DNA of 36,677 bases. Source: Haloarculaceae archaeon (GTDB lineage Archaea > Halobacteriota > Halobacteria > Halobacteriales > Haloarculaceae). The DNA is taken from NCBI GenBank assembly GCA_036625635.1, contig JAZKTI010000001.1:1-36677 (forward strand). The letters run 5' to 3'. Both the position numbers and the translations under genes were made by a program. Shown piece by piece: positions 8,109-16,183 of the stretch. Below the pieces are notes generated by a model. The model made no database searches. It worked only from the letters and a program-made list of their open reading frames with translations, and was not told the origin of the DNA. Within the stretch, counting starts at the first letter, position 1; each line of letters begins with the position of its first letter.

Positions 8109-9245
8109 TCAGATCCCGAAGGCGACCCGCAACATGTCGCGGGTGCCAGGGCCGAGGCCCACCGCGAGGATGGCACCGAGGAGCATGATCGCGTAGCGGG
8201 GGCTATCGTCCATGAACGTTTCGTCGAACAGTGAGACGATGACGACCGCAACGACGATCTTCACGACGAGGAAGAGCCAGGAGTCCCCGATGGCGGCCGT
8301 GACCGACGCCGGCTGGAAGGTGGTCACGATGTCGGCCAGGATGCGGTCGACCGGGTGTTTCGACCCGTAGGCGGGGAGCCCGAAGAGCCATGTCCAGTCC
8401 GAGGCGAGGACGTTCGCGACACCATCGATCGCGTGCCCCCAGATGACGACGAGGCCGATGAGTCCCGTGCCAGCGTTGACCGCCGGCCGGAACCGCTCCG
8501 TGGCGACGTAGCTGACGATCGCGATGAGGGAGGCGAGGCCGACGACAGTCACGAGGATTTCCGGGTGCCACTCGACGTAGGCCGTGCCGAAGGAGAGGGA
8601 GGCGATGTACCCCAGCGTCACCGCCACCGCTCCCAGTCCCATCGCACCCAGTGGATAGTGGTACGTCTCCGTGACCCCACGGGACTGCAGCTGCTTGCTC
8701 GCGAGCAGGCTCGCGAAGGCGAGGACGAAGACCGTGACGTAGATGACCGGACTGATCAGGAGCGTATTGAGCGGGTACTCGATGGCCGGAGTGATCCCCT
8801 GGGACCGTGCCATGTCGAAGGCGTCCTCGACGACGCGGAGTGCCCCGCCGAAGAGCATCCACGGCACCAGCGCGTAGAAGAAGTCCCGGTAGGGAGACAG
8901 CGAGAGGCGTTTCAGCATCAGGTAGATGCCGGCCAGCATGAACAGGAGGATCGTCATGTACCCGAGCTCTGAGACCAGCGTGTAGCCCGGGAAGGCCACG
9001 ATGGCCGAACCCCCCGGCTCACAGCCGGCCGCGTCGAGGACCGTCGTCCCGGCGTCGGGGTAGTGGACGGCACAGCTCGCACCCTGAGCGTCCGCGTAGA
9101 CAGGGCCCCAGAAGTACCGCCAGACGACGCCGTAGTAGAAGCGTTCGGTGAGGGCGATCGACGCACCGGCCAGCACGACCACACTCGCGACCAGCGTCCC
9201 GAGCCACGTCCGCTCCGGGTCGAGACGGGTCCCCAGCACCTGCAT
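8109..9245 (-). CDS. polytopic integral membrane protein (DUF63-like)
   Basis: The 378-aa ORF has many hydrophobic spans. Its overall pattern resembles archaeal DUF63 membrane proteins (from memory). Its stop directly abuts the stop of the convergent zinc-ribbon ORF. Confidence 0.8.
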   Translation of the reverse strand: MQVLGTRLDPERTWLGTLVASVVVLAGASIALTERFYYGVVWRYFWGPVYADAQGASCAVHYPDAGTTVLDAAGCEPGGSAIVAFPGYTLVSELGYMTILLFMLAGIYLMLKRLSLSPYRDFFYALVPWMLFGGALRVVEDAFDMARSQGITPAIEYPLNTLLISPVIYVTVFVLAFASLLASKQLQSRGVTETYHYPLGAMGLGAVAVTLGYIASLSFGTAYVEWHPEILVTVVGLASLIAIVSYVATERFRPAVNAGTGLIGLVVIWGHAIDGVANVLASDWTWLFGLPAYGSKHPVDRILADIVTTFQPASVTAAIGDSWLFLVVKIVVAVVIVSLFDETFMDDSPRYAIMLLGAILAVGLGPGTRDMLRVAFGI

Positions 9246-9324
9246 GGTGACAGCGCCGGGGGCGGGGGAGTTGAGGGTTCCGGTCCAGTGTGTCGGTTTG
9301 ACGCAACCGCAGGGAATGCCGGTC

Positions 9325-10173
9325 TCAGTCGACGGCCCCGCTCGTCGCGGCCTGGCTGACAGCCGCCAGAACCGAGTCGTGAGCCAGCCCGTTCGACACG
9401 ACGAGTCCGTCGCTATCGAGGTGCCAGGGCTCCCCCTCCAGATCGGTCGCTACGCCGCCGGCGCGCCTGATCAGGTAGACCCCGCCGAGGGCGTCCCAGG
9501 GCTTGGGTTGGCTGGGCATGAACGCCGCGTCGAGGCTCCCGGCGGCCACCAGGGCCAGGACCCCCTGCATACAGCCGAACCGCCGAACGTCGCCGAAGGA
9601 CTCCGCGGCCGTTCGGTAGAGTGCCGTCGTTCGGGGTCCCTCCTCGGTCGGCCACCAGCCGACGAGCGTGGCCGCAAAGGTCGCGAGGTCCGACCGCTCG
9701 CTGACGGCCAGCGCGGATCCGTTGAGTGTGACGCTGTCGGGCCCGGCCGTGTAGACGTCCCGCTCGGCGGGGAGGTACGTCGCGGTGCCGACGGGCTGCC
9801 CGTCGACAACGGCTGTCACCGACGTGGCCCAGAACCTGATGCCGCGGGCGAAGTTCGCGGTGCCGTCGACCGGGTCCACCACCCATGCGTCCCCGTGATC
9901 GGGGACCTCGTCGGCGAACGCGACTGCCCCGACCCCGGGGATCGATCCGTCCGTCCGGTCGGCCTCCTCGCAGACGTACGTGTCCGTGGAGAACTCGGCC
10001 GCGAGCGTCGAGAGCACCTGCTCCTGCGCCTCGTGGTCGGCGTCGGTGACCAGGTCGTTCCGGTGGGCCTTCGTCTCGACAGCGAAGTCGCCGCGGAACA
10101 GGTCCCTGGCCACCACCCCGCCTGCGCGCGCGGCGCGTTCGGCAATCGCGGACCGCCTGGCAGCGTCGCTCAT
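9325..10173 (-). CDS. inositol monophosphatase / fructose-1,6-bisphosphatase family protein
   Basis: The 282-aa ORF carries the family motifs WVVDPVDGTANF and the C-terminal WDALGG region. Confidence 0.9.
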   Translation of the reverse strand: MSDAARRSAIAERAARAGGVVARDLFRGDFAVETKAHRNDLVTDADHEAQEQVLSTLAAEFSTDTYVCEEADRTDGSIPGVGAVAFADEVPDHGDAWVVDPVDGTANFARGIRFWATSVTAVVDGQPVGTATYLPAERDVYTAGPDSVTLNGSALAVSERSDLATFAATLVGWWPTEEGPRTTALYRTAAESFGDVRRFGCMQGVLALVAAGSLDAAFMPSQPKPWDALGGVYLIRRAGGVATDLEGEPWHLDSDGLVVSNGLAHDSVLAAVSQAATSGAVD

Positions 10174-10333
10174 GTCCGTCCCTGCTCCGTGAGGAGGGAA
10201 ATGGCCTCCGTTTCCGGCGGGCCCTGCCAGGACCGTGTGAGGTCACAGCGAGTCCCTGCCGGGCCGAGGCCCCGAGGTCTTCCCGTCCACCAGCCATCTT
10301 CCCGACGGCACATCGGGGGGGACGGCCGCCGAA

Positions 10334-10534
10334 TCAGTCCACGCCCACGGCCTGGTCGGCCGCGGTCGCAATCTCCTCGGCGAGTTCCCTGGCCTCTTCG
10401 GGGGTATACAGCGTCCGGTCCCCCCAGGATTGCTCGATGTGTACGTACCCCTCGTCGACGTCGATGTCGAAGTGCGCACGGTGTTCCAGCGGTGGAACCT
10501 CGCCGTCGGAATCACCGTCGTCGCCACCGTCCAT
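10334..10534 (-). CDS. small acidic hypothetical protein (66 aa)
   Basis: MDGGDDGDSDGEVPPLEHRAHFDIDVDEGYVHIEQSWGDRTLYTPEEARELAEEIATAADQAVGVD has haloarchaeal-type acidic composition and GC-rich third positions. Confidence 0.5.
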   Translation of the reverse strand: MDGGDDGDSDGEVPPLEHRAHFDIDVDEGYVHIEQSWGDRTLYTPEEARELAEEIATAADQAVGVD

Positions 10535-10858
10535 GGTGAACCCTTCCGGTCGTGGGCCGATAAAGGTAGTCCCACGGGCGCCCGACTCGATCCGGCAGCC
10601 CGGGTGTCCGTCCGGGTGGTGAGGGGGACCCCTGGAGCGTCTCGGTGCCGGCCACCGGCGGTGAAGTGGCCGACTTTCCGTCGACGAGACACCGTCTCAG
10701 AACCTGGCGAGTGCCCGTAGACGAGGTGAGCTCGAACACGGCCGGTGGATACCTCTCGCGAAGCGTTCGCCGGCACACGTCACACAGAAAGGGTTACTGT
10801 ACCGGCGATACCGCATTCGCCGCGTCGGGTGCGTTGTCCATGTATGTCTCCTGGGTCA

Positions 10859-10990
10859 CTACAGTCGGTGACTCCAGACCATCTCCTCGAGGAACTCCCG
10901 GTCGCCGTCGCCGGCCATTCGAGCGTCTTCTGTCTCCATCGGAACCATCGGTGCGCCGGTGTTCTCCGCGTCCGTGAACTGTCGGGTCAT
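10859..10990 (-). CDS. possible small ORF (43 aa)
   Basis: Found by hand. ATG at 10990-10988, TAG at 10861-10859. Translation is MTRQFTDAENTGAPMVPMETEDARMAGDGDREFLEEMVWSHRL. A TATA-like box and a dyad lie upstream. Support is weak. Confidence 0.25.
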   Translation of the reverse strand: MTRQFTDAENTGAPMVPMETEDARMAGDGDREFLEEMVWSHRL

Positions 10991-11000
10991 GGTCGGTGTG

Positions 11001-11030
11001 CGAACCTTCACGATCGTTCACGAAGGTTCG
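11001..11030. promoter_or_regulatory. 30-nt dyad / direct-repeat element (CGAACCTTC-N12-GAAGGTTCG containing TTCACGA-N3-TTCACGA)
   Basis: A perfect 9-bp inverted repeat read directly from the sequence. It lies between an AT-rich box (about 11053-11065) and the candidate ATG at 10990. Confidence 0.3.
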
Positions 11031-11280
11031 TACCTCGCCCGAACGGCCGGTGGGTAATAAATGTAATGATCGTCCATGCAGGTCCGTTGGATCGAACCTC
11101 CGGTGGGGCAGTTCGCCGGCTTCCCCGGGTGGTGATCCTGGCACTGCCCCGTACCAGGGAGACGCACTCGCGCTCCAGCGTCGAATTGCCACTCCGGGAC
11201 GAACGGTCTCGTGAATGATGCGAGGGAAGACCGCCCCGAGCGGGTCTTCCTCCTGCAGCGTCCGCAGGTGGGGCACCGAA

Positions 11281-11364
11281 TGCGAGGGAGGGGATTCGAA
11301 CCCCTGGACCCCTACGGGAGCGGATCTTGAGTCCGCCGCCGTTTCCGTGCTTGGCTACCCTCGC
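11281..11364 (-). tRNA. tRNA-Leu(CAA), class II with long variable arm
   Basis: The reverse complement is GCGAGGGTAGCCAAGCACGGAAACGGCGGCGGACTCAAGATCCGCTCCCGTAGGGGTCCAGGGGTTCGAATCCCCTCCCTCGCA. It shows acceptor GCGAGGG/CCCTCGC, anticodon arm GCGGA-CTCAAGA-TCCGC, T arm AGGGG-TTCGAAT-CCCCT and discriminator A. Confidence 0.93.
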
Positions 11365-11454
11365 GCGCGTTCTGGCGTTGCACGGTCCGGCCCATGAACT
11401 CGTCGGTCCGGACTGCGCCGACCGGCCGGGCCGGGAGACCCGGCCGGTCCGACG

Positions 11455-12993
11455 TCACTTGAGCGAGATCTCCGCGTCGGTGTCGATCTTCCCGAGTCCG
11501 ATTGGGGAGTACCCGTCAGTCGACCCGCCTGGACGTGAGGCCCGACGGCTCTCGAGGGCCTCGGGACTTGCGGCGTCACCCGCCGCCCCGGACACGTCGT
11601 CCGGTGGCGGATCGTATTTCGCGCCCTCCCCGGGGTCACCACCGGGGAGCGGACCGTCGTCCTCGTCCCCTCCGGGCTGAGCGGCGCTCTCGCGAACGCG
11701 CATCAGGGAGGTGACGATCTTCTCCAGTTCCTCTCGGAGCGTCGTGGCCGTCTCCGGGTCGAACTGGTCTGCGAGGTCATGAGCCCGCGAAAGATGGTCC
11801 TGGGCCGCTGTGTAGTGCTCGATTGCCGTGTCGATGGCGCCGTCATCGTGGTGGGTCACCGCCTGATCCCACCGGGACCGGGCCAGGAGTCGGTGGAGAC
11901 TGACAAGTCTATCGGCGGCTGTGGCCATCTCCTCGTTGACCTCCTCTCGGTCGCCGGCGAACTGCTGCTCGTCGTGGTCGGCCTCGAGTGCGAGAACGCG
12001 GACGTAGCGAGCGAGGGCCCGCTCCCAGTGCTCCAATTCTTCGGTCGGGTCCTCGGCCCCGTTGGCCAGGATCTTCTCCTCGTGAGCCTGCCGGATCGGC
12101 TCCGCGGAGACGGCGTCGATCTGCCAGCCGAGTCGGTCGAGGTCCTGGTCGAGTTCGCGCTGTTCCCCGAACTTGAACGCGTCCCCGCGCTGGAGGGACT
12201 CCACGTGCTGCCGGGCGGACCGGTGCTGTGCTTTCGCCCGCGCCAGCACGTTCCGGGCCTGTCCGAAATCCTCGTTCTCGATGAGGTGCTGGCACAGGGT
12301 GAGGTGGGCGGACGACCGATCGACGTGCAGCGCCACGTACCCGTTTTCGAGTTCTCGCTCGATGTCCGTCAGTTCGGGTGCCAGATTGTGGTCGGCGATC
12401 GGGTGGGTAGCGAAGACCGCGTCGCTGACCCGGTCGACGGCCCGCCGGGTCTCCTCGTAGACCTCCTCGGCGCCCTCCCAGTCCTTCGCCTCGGCGAGGG
12501 CGGCCATCTCGTCGGCCGCCCGTTCGACCCTTGCACGGATCTCGACCAACCGACGCCGTACCTCACCGATCCACGCCAGATGGCGAAGGGTGGCCTCGAC
12601 TGTCTCGGTCACCTCCGGGAGCGGGAACTCCCACCTGACCTCGTCAACCGAAGTTATTTCCACGGCCCGATCCTGTTCGCCCCCGTCCCGGAGCGTGAGT
12701 GCGACGCTTGCCACGTCCGCGTACTTTAGCGATCCGGCTTCGGCACCGGCTGCTCCCGAGACGAAGCGTAACCGACTGTCGGTAACCACCATCACGACCT
12801 CGACGTCGACGTGGCGTTCGTCCCCGCCTTCGATCCGGGTCATCCCCGCCGGGCCCCGGACCGTCGCGTGGACGACTTCGTCTTCAGCCGTGATATCGTC
12901 GAGAGTTGTCGTATCGAGGGCCCCTCGATTTCCCCCGATATTTCCCCTCTCGAGGTGGTTTCGATCCTGTTGCGAGATGGCTGATCCCGACAA
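11455..12993 (-). CDS. hypothetical protein: N-terminal PH-like beta domain, long helical body, acidic disordered tail
   Basis: This is the C-terminal two thirds of ORF 11455..13419. The start is uncertain. TTG at 12993 follows a TATA-like box at 13011-13020. The first ATG is at 12843 (MTRIEGGDERHVDVEVVMVVTDSRLRF). The coding-like sequence LDDITAEDEVVHATVRGPAG precedes that ATG. Everything upstream of 12993 is not protein-like. Confidence 0.7.
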   Translation of the reverse strand: MSGSAISQQDRNHLERGNIGGNRGALDTTTLDDITAEDEVVHATVRGPAGMTRIEGGDERHVDVEVVMVVTDSRLRFVSGAAGAEAGSLKYADVASVALTLRDGGEQDRAVEITSVDEVRWEFPLPEVTETVEATLRHLAWIGEVRRRLVEIRARVERAADEMAALAEAKDWEGAEEVYEETRRAVDRVSDAVFATHPIADHNLAPELTDIERELENGYVALHVDRSSAHLTLCQHLIENEDFGQARNVLARAKAQHRSARQHVESLQRGDAFKFGEQRELDQDLDRLGWQIDAVSAEPIRQAHEEKILANGAEDPTEELEHWERALARYVRVLALEADHDEQQFAGDREEVNEEMATAADRLVSLHRLLARSRWDQAVTHHDDGAIDTAIEHYTAAQDHLSRAHDLADQFDPETATTLREELEKIVTSLMRVRESAAQPGGDEDDGPLPGGDPGEGAKYDPPPDDVSGAAGDAASPEALESRRASRPGGSTDGYSPIGLGKIDTDAEISLK

Positions 12994-13010
12994 TACTATT
13001 CTCACAGAAG

Positions 13011-13020
13011 ATAATAAAAG
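13011..13020 (-). promoter_or_regulatory. TATA-like box for the 11455..12993 gene
   Basis: The reverse strand reads cttttattat about 20-25 nt upstream of the TTG at 12993. Confidence 0.3.
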
Positions 13021-13510
13021 GTTTGGGCCGGACCTGGAACCGGGCTCCGTAATGAATAAGAAACGAATTGAGAGTAAAGAGGGGGTAGAAACCCCCCGTT
13101 CATTCCCACCCGATTCAGCTACCGAGCCGGCCGCTACCTCGTGGATTGGGAAACAGGCCTCGGGTGGGACTAAAAGGGGCCGACCGCTCGATCCGTCCCG
13201 GGCGACGCAAGCACGCGAACGGAGTGAGCGCGCGCAGCGACTGCGAGACTCGAGTGGCGCGAGGTGGACCGAAGGGAGACCTCGGCCGGGCCGCCCGGGG
13301 AACGCAGTGACCCGGGCGGCAGCGAGAGTCTCGGGTTGAGCGAACGGGGAGCACTGGGACCCGTGAGCGAGCCCCGGACGGTCGAGCGGGAGGGGGCTGT
13401 TTCCTTCCTCTACACCCAAAAGTTCCCTTGTTCATTAGGGAGCCGGCCGGAGCGACGGAGCTATGGGCCATCATGGATGGACTTTAGCCAGCGTGTCGCC
13501 AAACAGGCCT

Positions 13511-13993
13511 ATGGACGATCATACGCGGGATCCCTCGGTCGGCCCGCCCGCGGGGAACCCGACGGGATGGGATCCCGGCGCCGGTGCCTGGGAACACGCG
13601 ACGCTCCGACGTGCGGTGGTTCACGGCGTCCACCTGTACAACGCCGGCGCGTTTCACGAGTCTCACGATTGTTTCGAGGCAGAGTGGTACAACTACGGGG
13701 CCGGGACCACCGAGAGCGCCTTCGCGCACGGAATGGTGCAGGTCGCGGCTGGCGCGTACAAGCATTTTGATTTCGAGAACGACGACGGCACCCGGAATCT
13801 CTTCAGAACCGCCTTGCAGTATCTCGAGGGCGTTCCGGCGGACTACTACGGGGTGGCCGTCGATGGCCTGCGAGGCACGCTCGCGGAGGCACTCGGACAG
13901 CCACCGGTCCTCGACGGGTGGCGGATCAAACTGGACGGGAGCCGGCCGGTTGCGGACCCGGCCGACGACGAGTTCGCGAGTGCGCTCGATTGA
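13511..13993 (+). CDS. DUF309 domain-containing protein
   Basis: ATG at 13511 inside ORF 13463..13993. [21 protein letters not shown]...[13 protein letters not shown] matches the DUF309 signature as I remember it. Confidence 0.8.
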   Translation: MDDHTRDPSVGPPAGNPTGWDPGAGAWEHATLRRAVVHGVHLYNAGAFHESHDCFEAEWYNYGAGTTESAFAHGMVQVAAGAYKHFDFENDDGTRNLFRTALQYLEGVPADYYGVAVDGLRGTLAEALGQPPVLDGWRIKLDGSRPVADPADDEFASALD

Positions 13994-14086
13994 CGGTCGC
14001 CCGGGCCCGCCCACCTCCTTCTCGACGGTTGGACCACTGGTAGCCGCCCGGGGAATTAATATCGGCTGCGCGAGAGGCGCCCGTAC

Positions 14087-14494
14087 ATGACGGACCGATC
14101 GGACATACACGAACAGATCGCGACCTCGTCGCCGGCGGACTGGATTCCGTTCTCGGACCGAGGTACGTGGACGTACGAAGCGGACGTCGCCCTGCGGATC
14201 CAGCGCGAGGAGCAACTCGACCCGAACTTCCAAGCCCCCTGGACCCAGGCGTTCCAGGCCGCGAGCCAGAGCATCAGTTATCTGGTCTACTACGGGAACT
14301 CGCCCGTCGAATACCACGCCATCGCGAGCGTCGACAACTTCCGGGCCCACATCCCGATGCCACGGCAGCCCAGCGAGCAGGGCGAGCCGTACACTATCGC
14401 CCCCTACCAGGAGACGATCGGGCGGATCGTCACCGGTGAGGATCAGACCTTCGAGGCGTACCTGAACCGGGCCGGAATCGAGGTCAGGGAGTGA
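14087..14494 (+). CDS. hypothetical protein (135 aa)
   Basis: A clean ORF with normal local codon style and an acidic, globular-looking sequence. I recognise no family. Confidence 0.65.
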   Translation: MTDRSDIHEQIATSSPADWIPFSDRGTWTYEADVALRIQREEQLDPNFQAPWTQAFQAASQSISYLVYYGNSPVEYHAIASVDNFRAHIPMPRQPSEQGEPYTIAPYQETIGRIVTGEDQTFEAYLNRAGIEVRE

Positions 14495-14558
14495 GGCCGC
14501 GGAAGATCAGAGGCAACCAGAACCCTCCCCCCCCGGCTCGTTCTGCCGACCATCGGTC

Positions 14559-15011
14559 TCACTCCTCCGCGGGTGGTTCGAACACCACCGCCGTCAGGTC
14601 CCGGTCGAGCATGCAGTAATCGTGGGGCGGTTCACCGATCACCTCGGCGATGCGGAACTCCGCCTCGAAGTCCGCGCCGGCAGGCTCGCACAGTTCGTGA
14701 CTCGGACAGTCGGTGTGGGGACATGGGCCCTCGAGCCCCGCTTTACTCCCCGCGTAGGCAGCTGTCGACGCAACGTTGGCTCGTACCGGCGCGGGCTCCA
14801 CCTCGACGGCGCGCACCCCATCCAGGTGGACGGCACACTCGAGAGTGTTCGCGTCTTCGCGGACGCTCGTCACCTGGTAGCGGCGGCCCTCGACGAGGTT
14901 CAGACACTGGTCCCGATAGGGACAGCCCTCGCAGGCGGACGACTCGCCCCGGTAGACGAACTCCCTGCCTACTTCGGCGAGGCGCGTCCCCAGGAGGGTC
15001 AGGCTGGGCAT
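14559..15011 (-). CDS. UPF0179 family protein
   Basis: ATG at 15011 inside ORF 14559..15086. MPSLTLLGTRLAEVGREFVYRGESSACEGCPYRDQCLNL... shows the cysteine pattern typical of archaeal UPF0179. Confidence 0.8.
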   Translation of the reverse strand: MPSLTLLGTRLAEVGREFVYRGESSACEGCPYRDQCLNLVEGRRYQVTSVREDANTLECAVHLDGVRAVEVEPAPVRANVASTAAYAGSKAGLEGPCPHTDCPSHELCEPAGADFEAEFRIAEVIGEPPHDYCMLDRDLTAVVFEPPAEE

Positions 15012-15097
15012 GCTCTGAGGGTTCGAGTGGCCGGGGAATAAGTCCCCGGCCCGAGGGCACATCGCCGACCGTTTCCCAGGCGCCATTGCCGGCGGAG

Positions 15098-15227
15098 TCC
15101 AGAAGGGGCCATCGCTACCCGCTTCCAGAAGGGGCCATCGCTACCCGCTTCCAGAAGGGGCCATCGCTACCCGCCTCCAGAAGGGGCCATCGCTTTCCGC
15201 TTCCAGAAGGGGCCCTCGCCAACAGCT
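15098..15227. repeat. tandem repeat, 26-nt unit TCCAGAAGGGGCCATCGCTACCCGCT, about 5 copies
   Basis: Copies start at 15098, 15124, 15150, 15176 and 15202. The first two are identical, the third and fourth differ by 1-2 nt, and the last diverges after GGGGCC. The array is intergenic between two reverse-strand genes. Confidence 0.92.
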
Positions 15228-15271
15228 CCCGAGGGCTCGCTCGCAACCCGATCCGGCACCCAGGCCGCAGA

Positions 15272-15649
15272 TCAGCCGGTGAGGTCGTCCAGACGGTCGA
15301 GGTAGTCATCGCGAGGAACCTGGTAGAGGGCGCGGTAGTCCACGTCGCCCCGCGCGAACCGGCGGGCCAGGCGCTCGGCCCCATCCAGGGCCGCCTCCCG
15401 CGTCTCGTAGACCTCGGGCGAGCGGTTGACCTCCGGTTCCAGGAAGAACGTGACGTACCAGTCCGCGGCGGGATCGGGTCGGTCCTGCCCGGGGCGTCTC
15501 CCGCGGCCTCCCTTCGTCAGGTAGATGGTCGGCAGGCAGGGCGCCGGGAAGGCCGCGGTGTCGAAGACGTCGGGACGGTAGACCAGTACGACCTTCGTGT
15601 CCTCCTCGCTCCAGCGGTGCCAGCCCGCCGGCAGGTCGGCCTCGCCCAT
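15272..15649 (-). CDS. conserved hypothetical protein (125 aa)
   Basis: ATG at 15649 inside ORF 15272..15721. MGEADLPAGWHRWSEEDTKVVLVYRPDVFD... is acidic and globular-looking. Confidence 0.7.
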   Translation of the reverse strand: MGEADLPAGWHRWSEEDTKVVLVYRPDVFDTAAFPAPCLPTIYLTKGGRGRRPGQDRPDPAADWYVTFFLEPEVNRSPEVYETREAALDGAERLARRFARGDVDYRALYQVPRDDYLDRLDDLTG

Positions 15650-16183
15650 GTGAGAGGGTCGTCGCGGCGGACAAAGAGTGTCGCGGTTGCACCGCCACGG
15701 TGCCGCTCGCGCCACCGCCATCGGAGGGGTTATAAAAGGTTGAAAACCAGAAAGAAATTCAGCGGTTTGGTTAACAAATCCCCGCTACGTCGGTGGACCT
15801 TTGGGTTGGTATCACGGCCCACGATTGCGATTTCATGCGAACGCTTATGTACTCGCAGTTCTCTTATAATAAATAGTATCGGTGGGCGACCCCACCCATA
15901 CCTCTCCCGACCCCGGACCGGCACCTGGTTCGGTCGGGTCGGGACGTGATCGCATGGCACGCATCGACCGTCGGCGACCCCCGTCGACCCCCCGTGCGGG
16001 ATCGCTGCCCCCTGGTGGAACCGTGCCGTCGTCGCGACACCGGAGTCGCCGCCCGCCACTGCCTCTCGGGCAGGCAGCGATCACCAACGGCAGTCTCGCA
16101 GACAGCGGGCCCGCCGGCCTCGCCGGCGGCCGTCGCCGTCGGTACGCCGACGCGGCGACCCGCGAACACCGGTCAGTGATAGC

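Noticed and set aside
12994-13419. N-terminal 140-codon extension of ORF 11455..13419 (MGVEEGNSPLPLDRPGLAHGSQ...).
   Set aside because: It is not protein-like (Ser/Arg/Pro/Gly-rich). It reads through the GAGCG-word repeat DNA and across an AT-rich TATA-like box.
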